This document shows positions 12,101 to 22,975 of a DNA stretch of 64,000 bases, piece by piece. The notes beneath the pieces are model-generated. The model searched no databases. It was not told the origin of the DNA and worked only from the letters and a program-made list of their open reading frames with translations. Position 1 is the first letter of the stretch, and each line of letters starts with the position of its first letter. Origin of the DNA: an uncultured Planctomycetaceae bacterium (lineage in GTDB: Bacteria; Planctomycetota; Planctomycetia; Pirellulales; PALSA-1355); contig CAWAUV010000002.1 in NCBI GenBank assembly GCA_963785305.1, positions 224,001 through 288,000 on the forward strand, given 5' to 3'. The position numbers and the translations under genes were made by a program.

Positions 12101-15100
12101 TTCGATCGGCCGCGCACCGCGGCGGTCAATGCGTTTGGAATTGGTGGCTTGAATTTGCATGTGGTGCTGAGCGACCGGCCGGCGCCAACTCGAACTTCCC
12201 CGACGACGAAAAGTCCTCGACGGGAATCAAGCTCGCCAACAGCCGCCAGCGCCGCGGCGGATCGCGACGCGGTGGCGATCATCGGACGTGGCCTGATCGT
12301 GCCCGGCGACACACGGTCGCCCAGTTTTGGGACTTGCTCGATTCCGGCCGCGACGCTACGAGCCTCGTGCCCCACGATCGCTGGCGACTTTCGCTCGGCT
12401 ATCGCGCGGGCGAGCCGAGAGCTTGGCATAGTGTCGCCCGCCGCGGCGGCTTCGTGTCTGGCTGGGCTTATGACTGGCAGAAGCACAAAGTCCCTCCGCG
12501 CCAGATCGCCAACGCCAACCCGTTGCAATTCATGTTGCTCGACGCCGCCGATCAAGCGCTCGCCGAGTCGGGCTACCTCGACAAACCGTTTGATCGTCGC
12601 CGGGCGGCGGTCGTGGTCGGAACCGTGTTCGGCGGCGACTTTTGCACGCAACTCAATCTAGGTCTCCGTCGGCCGGAGCTTGCCCGTTATCTGAAAGACA
12701 CGATGCTTGCCATCGGCGCATCGCCCGATTTGGTCGGCCGGCTCGATCGCGAGCTCGCGGCGTGGTTCGAGCGCTCGATTGCGGCGCTGCACGATGAAAC
12801 CGGCAGTTTTACGAGCAGCACACTCGCTTCGCGGCTTTCGAAAACGTTTGATTTCATGGGCGGGGCGATGGCGATCGACTCTGGATCGGCCTCGAGCTTG
12901 GCCGCCATCGCCGCAGCCAACGATCTTCTGCTCACCGGTCGCGCCGACCTCGTGCTTTGCGCCGCGGCGCAGCAAGCGATGGATTTGCCCAGCTATGAAA
13001 TCCTTTCGTTCCTGGGCCTCTTGACCGACGACACGCCGCGTTCGCCGTTCGACTCGCAAGCTCGCGGTCATGTGCCCGGCGAAGGCGTGGTGGTGTTGGC
13101 GCTCAAGCGGCTCGACGATGCGCGTCGCGATGGCGATCGGGTTTTGGGTGTCGTGCGCGGCGTGGGCGTGGCGGCGGACATCGAACGGCCGCGGGCAGCG
13201 CATTCGGCGGCCAGCCGTCGCGCGCATCGCGCCGCCGGAGTCTCGGCTCGCGATATCGCCGCGCTCGAAGCCGGATCCGCTGTCCCGCGACACGATGCCG
13301 CGCTAGCCGAGGCGGTAATGGAAGTGTATGGCGAAGATCGCGGTGAGCCGCTTCGCCTGGGATCCACGATCGCGCAGCTCGGCCACTTGCAAGGCGCTCA
13401 AGGGCTCGTTGCGCTCGTCAAAGCCACGCTCGAACATGAACATGGCCAGCGCCTGCCCAACGCCGGCTTCACGGGCGCGATGGTCGCGTTGCCCGAGCAC
13501 GATGCAAGTCGCGCTCGGGTGTTTGCTCCCGCGAGCGATAAGACGCCGATGCCCCGAGACCGCGCTTCGCAACTCATCGCGATTCAATCACCCGCGCGCG
13601 GCGGCTTGGTTTATGAAACCGTGGTGGAATGCCCGACGCGCCAAGCGACGCCGCTTCCCGCCGAGAGGTCTCCATCGACGCGCGAGGCGCGACCTATCGC
13701 CGCCATGCCCAGCGCCACCGATTCCTTGGCCAGCGTTTCGCGATACAACCCGAGCCTTCCGGTGATCGCCGGCATTCCGAGCGCGCAACGCGGCTTTAGC
13801 GGCGCCGAGCGCTGGGCGCCGAAGGTGGCGTTTCTCTTTCCGGGCCAAGGCTCTCAATATCGCGGAATGCTCGAGCGGCTTCTGGCCGAAGACGATGCCG
13901 CCCGCGGCGCCGCGGCCGAGGCCGATGCGATTCTGCGCTCGCTGGGCGTCGGAACATTCGCCGAGATCGCGGCCGACGAAGGCCATCGGCTCGGCGCCGA
14001 TGTTTGGACCACGCAAATCGCGATGCTCGTGGCCGACACTATTATACTGTCGGCGCTCGCGGCGCACGGCGTGCGGCCCGACCGAGTGACCGGCCACAGT
14101 TTCGGCGAATTCGCCGCGCTGGTGGCAGCCGGGGTTTGGACACTCGAAACGGCAATCCTCGCCACGCGCGGCCGCTCCCAAGCGGTCGCGACCGGCGGCG
14201 CCCCGCGCGGCCTGTTGCTCGCCTGCGCGGCTGGACCCGAGGAGTTGCTCCGGCTAGCCGCCGAGCATCATTGCGAAGTAAGCGTCACGCATCGCAATAG
14301 TCCCCAGCAGACTTGCCTGGGTGGGGCGGAGTCGGCGATCGATCGAATGTTCGCCGTATTGCGGGAGCGGCGAATCGGAGCCCAACGGCTCGATGTGCCA
14401 TGCGCCTACCACACACCGTTGATGGCGCCGGCCCAAGAGCCGTTTGCCGCCGCGCTCGCGGATCTGCCGATGGCGCCGCCCGGGATACCGATTTTGAGCG
14501 GCGTCGGCCCGCGATATGTCGCCGAGCCGGCCGAGATTCGCGTGAGCCTTGTCGCGCAGCTTGTCGAAGCGGCGCCATGGGGCGAACAGATTCGCCGGCT
14601 TGCCGACGAGGGCGTGGTCCTTTTTATTGAAGTGGGCCCGCGGCAAATTCTCTCGCGACTCAGTACCCAGATTCTTGCCGGTCGCGAGGCGACGGTGCTG
14701 GCCTGCGACGACGACGAACTGAGCGCCGCGCAGGCTCGACCACATCGCCGCCGTGTGGCGATCGAACGTCGGCGAGGCGCCTTTGCAGTCGCGCCAGTTG
14801 GCTCCCATCGAGCATTTCGACGCCACGCACGCACGGCGCGAGCGCTCGCGGCGCAAGGCGCGGGCCATGCCGGCAAGCGTGTCCGCGGGACCGGCAGTGG
14901 TGGCATTCGACGCCACGGCCGCGCGTCGCCAGCGGAATACATCCGTGGCGCCATCGGCGCCCAGCGCCCGACGATCGTGCCCTCGCCCGCGCTACCCATC
15001 GCGCAGCAAACGGCGCCACCCAAGGACCCTCGCGATTCGAAAGAGTGCTTATCAACTTCGTGGTCGAGCAAACCGGATATCCACCGGAAGTCGTGCGACT

Positions 15101-18100
15101 CGACGCCGACCTCGAGGCGGACCTGGGGATCGACAGCATCAAGAAAGCGCAGCTCTTTGGCGAGCTGCGCGAGCAATTCGAATTGCGCCCCACGGGGCAG
15201 ATCAAACTCGCCGACTTTACGACGCTGCGCCGTATCAGCGAATTCCTCGAAGCTTCAAGTTCGCCGCCGAATGTCGAACAATCGGCGATTGAAGTCGTCG
15301 CGCGGCTAGCGCCCGAGCAGGCCGCCGCCCCTGGCGCGCCGGCGACCGTGTTGCCGGATCGGCTCGGGGCGCAGCTTGTCGAATTCGTGGTCGAACAAAC
15401 CGGCTACCCGCCGGAAGTCGTGCGCTTCGAAGCCGATTTGGAAGCCGATCTCGGGATCGACAGTATCAAAAAGGCGCAACTTTTCGGCGAACTTCGCGAG
15501 CAATACGCGCTAACGCCGCGGCCTGGACTCAAGCTTGGCGACTTCCCGACGTTGGGACATATTCTCGCCTATCTCAAATCGCAATTGGCCGAGCGCAACG
15601 CGCTGACGGCTTCGGCGGAGTTCACGAGTCCGAAGCCGGGCGCCGATCAGGGGGCCGCGAATGGCATCGCCAACGGCGCCATGAATGGCAATGCGAATCG
15701 TGCCGTACATCGCGCTCCGCCGTCGCCCGTGGTGCATGTTCCGCCGCGCGTCAACCAAGCCTTGTCCGAAGAGCTGCGGCCGCTCATGGGCAAGCGGGTG
15801 CTCGAACTGTCGGGCTCGCCCTACGAAATGGGGCGCCAACATGGCATCGCCATGTCGGGCGACATGCGGCGGCTCTTCCGGCGCATCGTCGAAGCATCAA
15901 GTCCCTGGAGGCCCGGCTTTGAACTGCCCAATTTGGAAACGGCGGCCCACTATCTCGGTCCCGCGGAGATCGAAGAACTGCAAGGCATCGCCGACGGAGC
16001 GCGAGTCGATCTGGCCAATGTGCTCGCGCACAATCTCTCGCTCGCGCCCGACTACGCGGCGGGATGCACGCAGTTTGCCATCTCGGCCGCCGAGAACCAC
16101 GGCGAGCTGTTGCATGGAGTGAATGAAGACGCGCCGCTCGCATTGCGAGCCCCCTTGGCTTTGACGCGGGTCGTGCAAAGTCGCCGACCGCGGGGGGCGA
16201 TGGCCTATGTCACTTTCAGCATCGCCGGGCAATTCGGCGGGTTCAATGGCATGAATTCGAGCGGCTTGGCGGTCAGCAGCACCCTGCTGCTCGATCGGCC
16301 CGCGCCGGAGCTGCCCGCCGTGGGACTCGTGCATGCGGCGGTCGTGAAGAGCGTGCTCGAGAGCGCGACCGATATCGAGAGCGCGATTTCGCTGGTGCGC
16401 GGCTGCCGGCGGCTTGGGGCTTGGAGCATGTGCCTGAGCCACCATGCCAACGACCGCATTTGCTATCTCGAATACGACCGCGACCAGGTTTGGGTGAACG
16501 ACAACGCGCGCCGCGTGTTCTCGACCAACCACAGCCTGCTCGGCCAGCGGACCACGACGCCTCCCGAACATTCGGCTCATCGCTTGGCTCGGCTCGAAGC
16601 GTTGCTCGGCTCGACGCCGGTGACGCTCGAAGCCGCTCGAAGCGCCCTGCGCGATCGGCACGATGGCGGCCGCGGACGCGTCACGCCGCACGCCACCATG
16701 AACACCGTGTGCCGGGTCGACAATCAAGTCAGCATCGTCATGCGCCCAGCGGCCGGCGAGATTTGGGCCACGGCCGGCGCATCGGCCGGCGGCGCTGCCG
16801 ATCACTTCTTCCTGGCGCCGTTTCCAGGGGAGATGCAAACGGCCGCGCCGAGCCCGGCAAACATTTCGCCCATCTTGGAGGGAGTTCCAAACGCGCCACC
16901 TTCCCCGGCCACGCCCAATCCGCGGGCCGAGGCATCGGGCGCCGCCTCGCTCGCGATCGCGTCGCGCGTATATCCTGCGCATGGCCGACAAACCGCTCGC
17001 CCCGCATCCTAGTTCGACACCCGTCTTTTGCGGCGCGGCGATTCTGGTGGGCGATAATCCGCTCGTCGGCGAGCTCACGAGCTTACTCGAGCGACACGGA
17101 GTGCGCGTGTTTACGATGCTCGACTCCGGCGATCCCGACCGCGCGGTGGCCGAGCTCGACCGGCTATGGAGCATCGCGCCCGCGCCGCATTTGTTCCTGC
17201 TCTCGCCACGCGACCGGCAAGCCGTCACCACACTCGACGCCGAGCACTGGCAAGCGCGTCAAACAGCCGGAGTGCTCACACCCTATTTTCTCTGCCAGCG
17301 GTGGATGCAATTCGTCGCCGATTGCGGCTGGATGGACCGGGCTTCGCTCGTGGCGGCCACTTCTCTCGGCGGCGACTTTGGTTTCTCGGGCCAAGTCACG
17401 AGTGTCGAAAGTGGCGCCCTGGCCGGACTGCTTAAGTCGATGGCGATCGAAAACTGGGTCGCGGGCCATCGAGCCATTCCGGTCAAGATCGTCGACACGC
17501 CGGCCGATCAACCTCCGGCCGATGTCGCAAGGCGCATGCTCGATGAACTCGCGGCCAGCAGCTACGACATGGAAATCGGTTACCCGGCCGGTCGCCGCGC
17601 CACTCCGCGGGCGATCGCCGCTCCACTCGACCCGCTTAATCGGTGTCCGATCGAGCGCGATAGCGTGTGGGTTTGCACCGGCGGCGCGCGCGGCATCACC
17701 GCCTATGTGGCGACGGAGTTGGGCGCAGCGTTATGGTCTGCGACTGCATTTGCTCGGAACCGCGCCCGCGCCGGCCATTCCCCCGGAGTGGCGCAATTTC
17801 TCGCCAGCCGAACTCAAGCGACTGCGCGGCGAAATATCGCTGCGGGCCCGGCAAGAGAATCGCGACCCGCTCGAAGCGTGGCGCGATGTTGAAAAAGCGA
17901 TCGAAATCGACGCTACGCTCCGCGCCCTCGCGGCTCGCGGAGTGCGAGCCACCTACCACTCCTGCGATGTGTCGAACCGGCAATCGCTGGCCAGCACGCT
18001 CGACAAAGTCCGCGCAGCTCGATGGCCCGATCGATGGCGTGCTCCACGGCGCCGGCTATGGCAAGGATATGCGGTTCGATCGCAAGCAGCGCGATAAAGT

Positions 18101-19422
18101 CGAGCAGTGCATTCGCGCCAAGACCGATGGCGCCGCGGCGCTCATGGAGCTCACGGCGGGTGATCCCTTGCGGTGGTTCGCGGCTTTCGGCTCGATCAGC
18201 GGTCGCTTCGGCGCCAACGGCCACACCGACTACTCGCTGGCCAACGACATGCTCGCCAAGCAGGTTTCCTGGTTCCGTCGCCAGCGGCCCAAGTGCGCGG
18301 CGGTGGCATTTCATTGGCATGCCTGGGGCGACGTGGGCATGGCCACGAAGCCGGAAACCAAGCTGGCGCTTGAATTGATCGGCATGCAGTTCATGCCGGC
18401 TCGCGAAGGCTTGGAACATTTGATCGCGGAGCTCGAAGCCGGCACTCCCGAGGGCGAAGTGCTGATCACCGATGATCGCTACTACCGTCTGTTCTTTCAT
18501 GCCGAAACGCTCGCCCGCGCCGGCGGGCCGGCCCAAGCGGCGCCGGCGCTGATCGCCGAAGTCGATGTGCGGCGCAAGGCGCATCGCATCGCGGCGAACG
18601 TGCCGCTCGATCCGACCAAGGAGCCATTTCTCCTCGATCATCGCCTTGGCGGCCGGCAACTCTTGCCGGTGGCGGTCAGTCTCGAACTATTGGCGGAAGC
18701 GGCGCTGCTTGTCTCGGAAGGCAATCGAACCGCCGAATTTCGCAATGTCGACATCGTGAACGGTTTTAAGTTTCACACCGATGATCCGCGTTTGGTGCAT
18801 GTGACAGCCGACGCGCTCCACGGCGCCATGGCCCGTTGTCGACTCAGCGCCGATGTGCTCACGCGCGACGGGCAACTCGTCGCGCCCGACCGTGCCTTGC
18901 TTACCGGCGACGTAATGTTTCGCGAAGCCAGTGCTGCATCGCGAGGCGAAGCGCCGGGCGACGACCTCTGGCGCCAAGCGCCGGACACGGGTTGGACCCG
19001 GGTCGCGTATCCGGAAGCCGAGGCGATGTTCTTTGTCGGACCTTCGCTCCGCTGTTTGCGGCGGATTCGCGTCGAACCGAATCGTATCTGGGGCAAGATC
19101 ATCGCTCCGGCGCTGGTGGAACTGGCCGGCCCCAAACGGCGGGTCGAGGGCTGGCAGGTTCCGAGCGCGCTGGTCGACGCATGTCTCCACGCCGTGGGCA
19201 CGCTGGCCGCGATCCAACACGCTCCCGGCATGTCGCTGCCGCGCTACTTCGAGCGACTCGCGCTCGGCAGCCTGCCCCAGCCAGGAGAAATGTGCTTGGC
19301 GCGGGCCACGCTACGAGCCACCGCCGGCAACGAAGCCACTTATGATTTTCATGTCGTCGGCGGCGATGGGCGGCATGCTGCTCGAAGCGAGTGGATATCG
19401 CGTCGCGCGGATCGGGGGTTAG
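9158..19422 (+). CDS. Multidomain type I PKS (Pfa/HglE-like), ~3400 aa: reductase-SCP2-KS-KS*-AT-ACP-ACP-C45-KR-DH; about 9-10 frameshifts
   Basis: Stitched from ORFs 8789, 9249, 11513, 12043, 14753, 15045, 16981, 16421, 17667 and 18931. Reductase: GATGLLG, VSTAYV, YERSK. KS: DAACASS, ETHATST, KSNIGHT. KS*: DSGSASS. AT: FPGQGSQ, GHSFG. ACPs: LGIDSIKK x2. C45: G|CTQF, GMNSSGL, STNH. KR: TGGARGIT, HGAG, DYSLAN. DH: LLDHRLGGRQLLP, LVDACLH. Confidence 0.88.
15045..15580 (+). repeat. Two tandem ACP domains within the PKS
   Basis: FVVEQTGYPPEVVR(L/F)(D/E)ADLEADLGIDSIKKAQLFGELREQ occurs twice (about 15050-15250 and 15375-15580), nearly identical at protein level. Confidence 0.9.
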
Positions 19423-19428
19423 GCGATC

Positions 19429-20710
19429 ATGTACCACAGTTCCACCCGACTTCCGCATCTCGCTCCGCCGGCTTGGTACCACGCGCCGGAGCACTACGAG
19501 CGCGAGTTGGCGACATTGTTCGTGCCAGGCTGGACCCTGGTGGCGACGCGCGACGATTTGGCGCGCCCCGGCGATTTCCTCACCACGGTTCTCCATGGTC
19601 GGCCGGTGCAAGTGCGCAATGTGGCGGGCGAATTGCGCGCGTATTCGAATGTGTCGCGCATCGCCATTGCCTGCTCACGAGCCAAGAGCGGGGCAACAGT
19701 CCGCGCCGCGCTGCCAATACCACGGCTGGGAATACGATGCCCAGGGCCGCGCCGCCAAGATTCCGCAGCCGAAGAACTTTGTTCCTTTCGAACGCGATGC
19801 CCTGGGTTTGCCCGAGTACCGCGTCGAGTCCCGCGGCCAATTGGTGTTTGTCTCGCTCGATCCGCAAGCGCCGCCGCTTGTCAGCGCGCTCGGCCCTTGG
19901 AGCGATCTCTGCGCCGAACGCTTCGGCCCCGGCTGGCGATGCGATTGGAAATGGACGCCCGACTATGCGGCCAACTGGAAAGTACCGGTCGAGAACTCGC
20001 TCGAGGCGTATCATGTGCCGGCAATCCATCAACGCACATTCGGCGACGATCCTGGCGAAAGCCGCGCCACGCACACGCTTGAGCCCGGCGGCACTTCCTA
20101 CGAGACCGATTTGCCCTTCTGCCCCCACAATCGGCTCGACCTCTGGTTTCAACAGTTCGAGGGCCGTTTGCTTCGCCGACTCGGAGTCGAGCCCACGCGG
20201 CGCTATGTGCAAGCGCATGCCTTTCCCAACATGCTGTTTTCGTTTACCGACACGATCAGCCTTTGCCATGCCGTGATTCCGACATCGCCCACGACAAGCC
20301 GCGCCGTCGTGCTGCAGTTTGGCCGGGCCGACACTCAGTGGCGCTCCTGGCGCCGGGGGGTGGCTCGGGCCTGGGGACGCTTGGCGCGCGAATCACCCGC
20401 GCCATTATGCGCGAAGATCTATCGCTCTACGCCGACATTCAACGTGGCCTTGTCGCAAGTCCGCATGCCGGCGTGCTCGGTCGCTCGGAAGAGCGGATCC
20501 ATGCGTTTCATCGCTATCTGGTCGACCGGCTCGCAACGGGTTCCGAACAACTCGCCGCCGAGCCATCGCCGCCCGCGCGAATCCGAACCCCAGCGACCGT
20601 CGGTCGACTCGGCCCAGGATTGCGACCCCGCCTGTTACCGGCGGACTCTCGAATCGCGGCATGGCGTGCATTCGCAAGCCGATTTGTCGGAATCGTTCAC
20701 CACTCCTTGA
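19429..20710 (+). CDS. Rieske non-heme iron oxygenase alpha subunit (3-4 frameshifts)
   Basis: WYHAPEHYERELATLFVPGW, PGDFLT, NV(C)xHRH, CQYHGWEY, NWKVPVENSLEAYHVPAIH, FPN, EDLSLYADIQRG, EERIHAFH, spread over three frames. Confidence 0.87.
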
Positions 20711-20724
20711 GGGAACCGTTAACC

Positions 20725-21487
20725 ATGTTTCGCATCGATGGTCAAGTGGCCTTGGTTACCGGCGGCTCGCGCGGTATCGGGCGAGCCTGCGCGCTTCGGC
20801 TGGCGGAAGCCGGGGCCGATGTGATCGTGAACTATGTCACTTCACAATCGGCCGCCCAGCAAGTGGCCGAAAAGATTCAGCAGTTCGGCCGCCGCGCTGC
20901 CGTCGTGAAGGCCGACGTAAGCGAATGGGACGATATCCAAGCCATGATACAGTTTGCCCGCGAGCGATTCGGGCGACTGGACATTCTGGTGAGCAATGCG
21001 GCCAGCGGTGGCTTTCGCCCGCTGCTCGAAGCCAACGCGCGCCATTTCGAGGCGGCGATGAACACCAACGTGCGCTCGCTGCTCTACTTGGCCCAAGCGG
21101 CCAAGGACTTGCTCCAGCGCGAATCGGGTGCTGGCGCGTGATCGCGCTATCGAGCCACGGCTCGCATCGCCCGCTACCGGCCTATGGCCTGATCGGCGCC
21201 TCGAAGGCGGCACTCGAGAGCGTGGTGCGACAACTGGCTTTCGAAATGGCGCGCATGGCGTGAACTGCAATGTCGTGCTCGCCGGACTCACGCCCACCGA
21301 CTCGACCCGGGCGCTGCCAGGAGCCGAAGCGATTTTCGCCGGCGCCAAGGCAAAGTCGCTCGTCGGCGGTCGGCTGCTCACGCCGGAAGATGTCGCCAAT
21401 GCGGTGCTGTTTCTCGCCAGCCCGCTCGCTGAATTGGTGCAGGGCCAAACACTGATTGTCGATGGCGGCGAGGGGATTTGCCCCTAG
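20725..21487 (+). CDS. FabL-like enoyl-ACP reductase (SDR; 2 frameshifts)
   Basis: VALVTGGSRGIG, SNAASGGFRP, Y-x6-K catalytic spacing (YGLIGASKAALES), GQTLIVDGG. This pattern resembles Bacillus FabL. Confidence 0.8.
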
Positions 21488-21550
21488 TCCAACGATTTCC
21501 AACGAATCAACGTGGCTCCGCCGGGGCGCCGCGATTGGAGAGTCAACGCC

Positions 21551-22975
21551 ATGCCACGCACCGCCGAAGACGCCGCGCTTTCGCCGCTTGGTTCCGACGC
21601 GACCGAGGCCGCTTCGCCTCGGCGGACCCTCGAACAGTTTTGGCCGGCGCCGCTCACGGCGATCGAATGGTTCATGGTCGCCTCGGAAGAACCCGGCTAT
21701 CCGCTCACATTCTTCAGCGACTTCGTGTTCCAAGGCATTCTGCGCCGGCCCGAGTTCGAGGAGGCCCTGCGGGTGACACTCGAGCGTCATCCGCTCGCGA
21801 TCTCGCGATTGGAGCGCAATCCGGCCGGCGGCTTGGCCTGGGTCGATGGCCGCGACACGCCGACCACGATCGATTGGGCATCCGCCGGGGCGCCGCTCGA
21901 ACCCGCGCCGGCGATCGATCTCGAGCGCGAGACCGGAGTGCGCGCTTGGGTGCGAGTGGGTAATGGGAAGACATGGCTCCGATTCGAAACGCATCATGCG
22001 GTGAGCGACGGGCATGGCGGCATGCGTTTTCTCGAGGACTTGCTCGTCGCCTACGCCGCGATCCACGCCGGACGCTCGCCCGAGGAAACACTTTCGCCGA
22101 TCGACTCGCGCCGGCTCGCGCGGCGCGGCGCGTTCGATACTCTCGCCGGCGCCGAGCCTTGGCAAGCAGTGGTCGCGCGGGTCATGCGCCATGCGTCGGA
22201 ATATCTTGGCGTTCGCCCTCGACCGCTGGCAGGCTCCGGGCCGCCGGCGTCGCGATCAAGCCTCGCCCCCGCGATGCTCACGCACTCGTTCGACGAAGCC
22301 CGGTCGAGCTCCGTGCGCACGGCGATCGCCCGCGAGCCCGGCACCCTCAACGACCACGCGCTCGCGATCGCGCTTCGTCTTCTGGCCGCGTGGAACGAGC
22401 GACATGACCCGAGGGCCGATCAGGGACGCCTGCGAGTGCTCGTGCCGGTCGATCTGCGCGGACCCGGCGACGAACGGATGCCCGCGGCCAATGTGCTGAC
22501 GTTTTCGTTCGTCACGCGCCGCGCCGTCGATTGTCAAAACACGTCCGCGCTGTGCGCCGGTCTCACGGCGGAGATGGCGCTGATTCAGCGCGAGCGGTTG
22601 GGCACCGCGTTTTTGCACGCCATGGCGGGTCTGCGTCTTGTTCCGGGCGCGCTGTCGCTTATCACGCGTTCGACGAGTTGCCAAGCCACGGCCGTGCTTT
22701 CGAACGTGGGCGATCCCACCCGGCGGTTTCAAGCACGGCTGCCGCGCGAGCAGGGAAGGCTCATGGTGGGCGATCTGCGGCTCGAATCGATCACGGCCGC
22801 TCCGCCCTTGCGCCGCGGAACACGCGCCGCTTTTCTGATCTCGGCCTACGCCGGTCGCATCGTGCTCAGCCTGCGCACCGATCCGCGGTTCATCTCGCCC
22901 GACGACGCCCAGTCGCTCATGCGCGGCTTCGTGGAAGGCTGGCGCGAACTGTGCGGCCCGAGCGACGTCGGCTAG
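21551..22975 (+). CDS. Condensation-domain / PapA5-like CoA-dependent acyltransferase
   Basis: RHPL, HHAVSDG (HHxxxDG), VPVDLR and AVLSNVG motifs; ~475 aa, last gene of the PKS operon. Confidence 0.75.
   Translation: MPRTAEDAALSPLGSDATEAASPRRTLEQFWPAPLTAIEWFMVASEEPGYPLTFFSDFVFQGILRRPEFEEALRVTLERHPLAISRLERNPAGGLAWVDGRDTPTTIDWASAGAPLEPAPAIDLERETGVRAWVRVGNGKTWLRFETHHAVSDGHGGMRFLEDLLVAYAAIHAGRSPEETLSPIDSRRLARRGAFDTLAGAEPWQAVVARVMRHASEYLGVRPRPLAGSGPPASRSSLAPAMLTHSFDEARSSSVRTAIAREPGTLNDHALAIALRLLAAWNERHDPRADQGRLRVLVPVDLRGPGDERMPAANVLTFSFVTRRAVDCQNTSALCAGLTAEMALIQRERLGTAFLHAMAGLRLVPGALSLITRSTSCQATAVLSNVGDPTRRFQARLPREQGRLMVGDLRLESITAAPPLRRGTRAAFLISAYAGRIVLSLRTDPRFISPDDAQSLMRGFVEGWRELCGPSDVG

Noticed and set aside
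20263..21141. Apparent Rieske-SDR fusion ORF
   Set aside because: An indel near 20580 explains it. The alternative frame stops at 20710 and the SDR has its own GAGGG RBS and ATG at 20725.
9158..21487. Programmed ribosomal frameshifting or a pseudogenised PKS cluster
   Set aside because: Indels also hit housekeeping-type genes, go in both directions and show no shared slippery site; catalytic motifs are intact. Sequencing error is more parsimonious.
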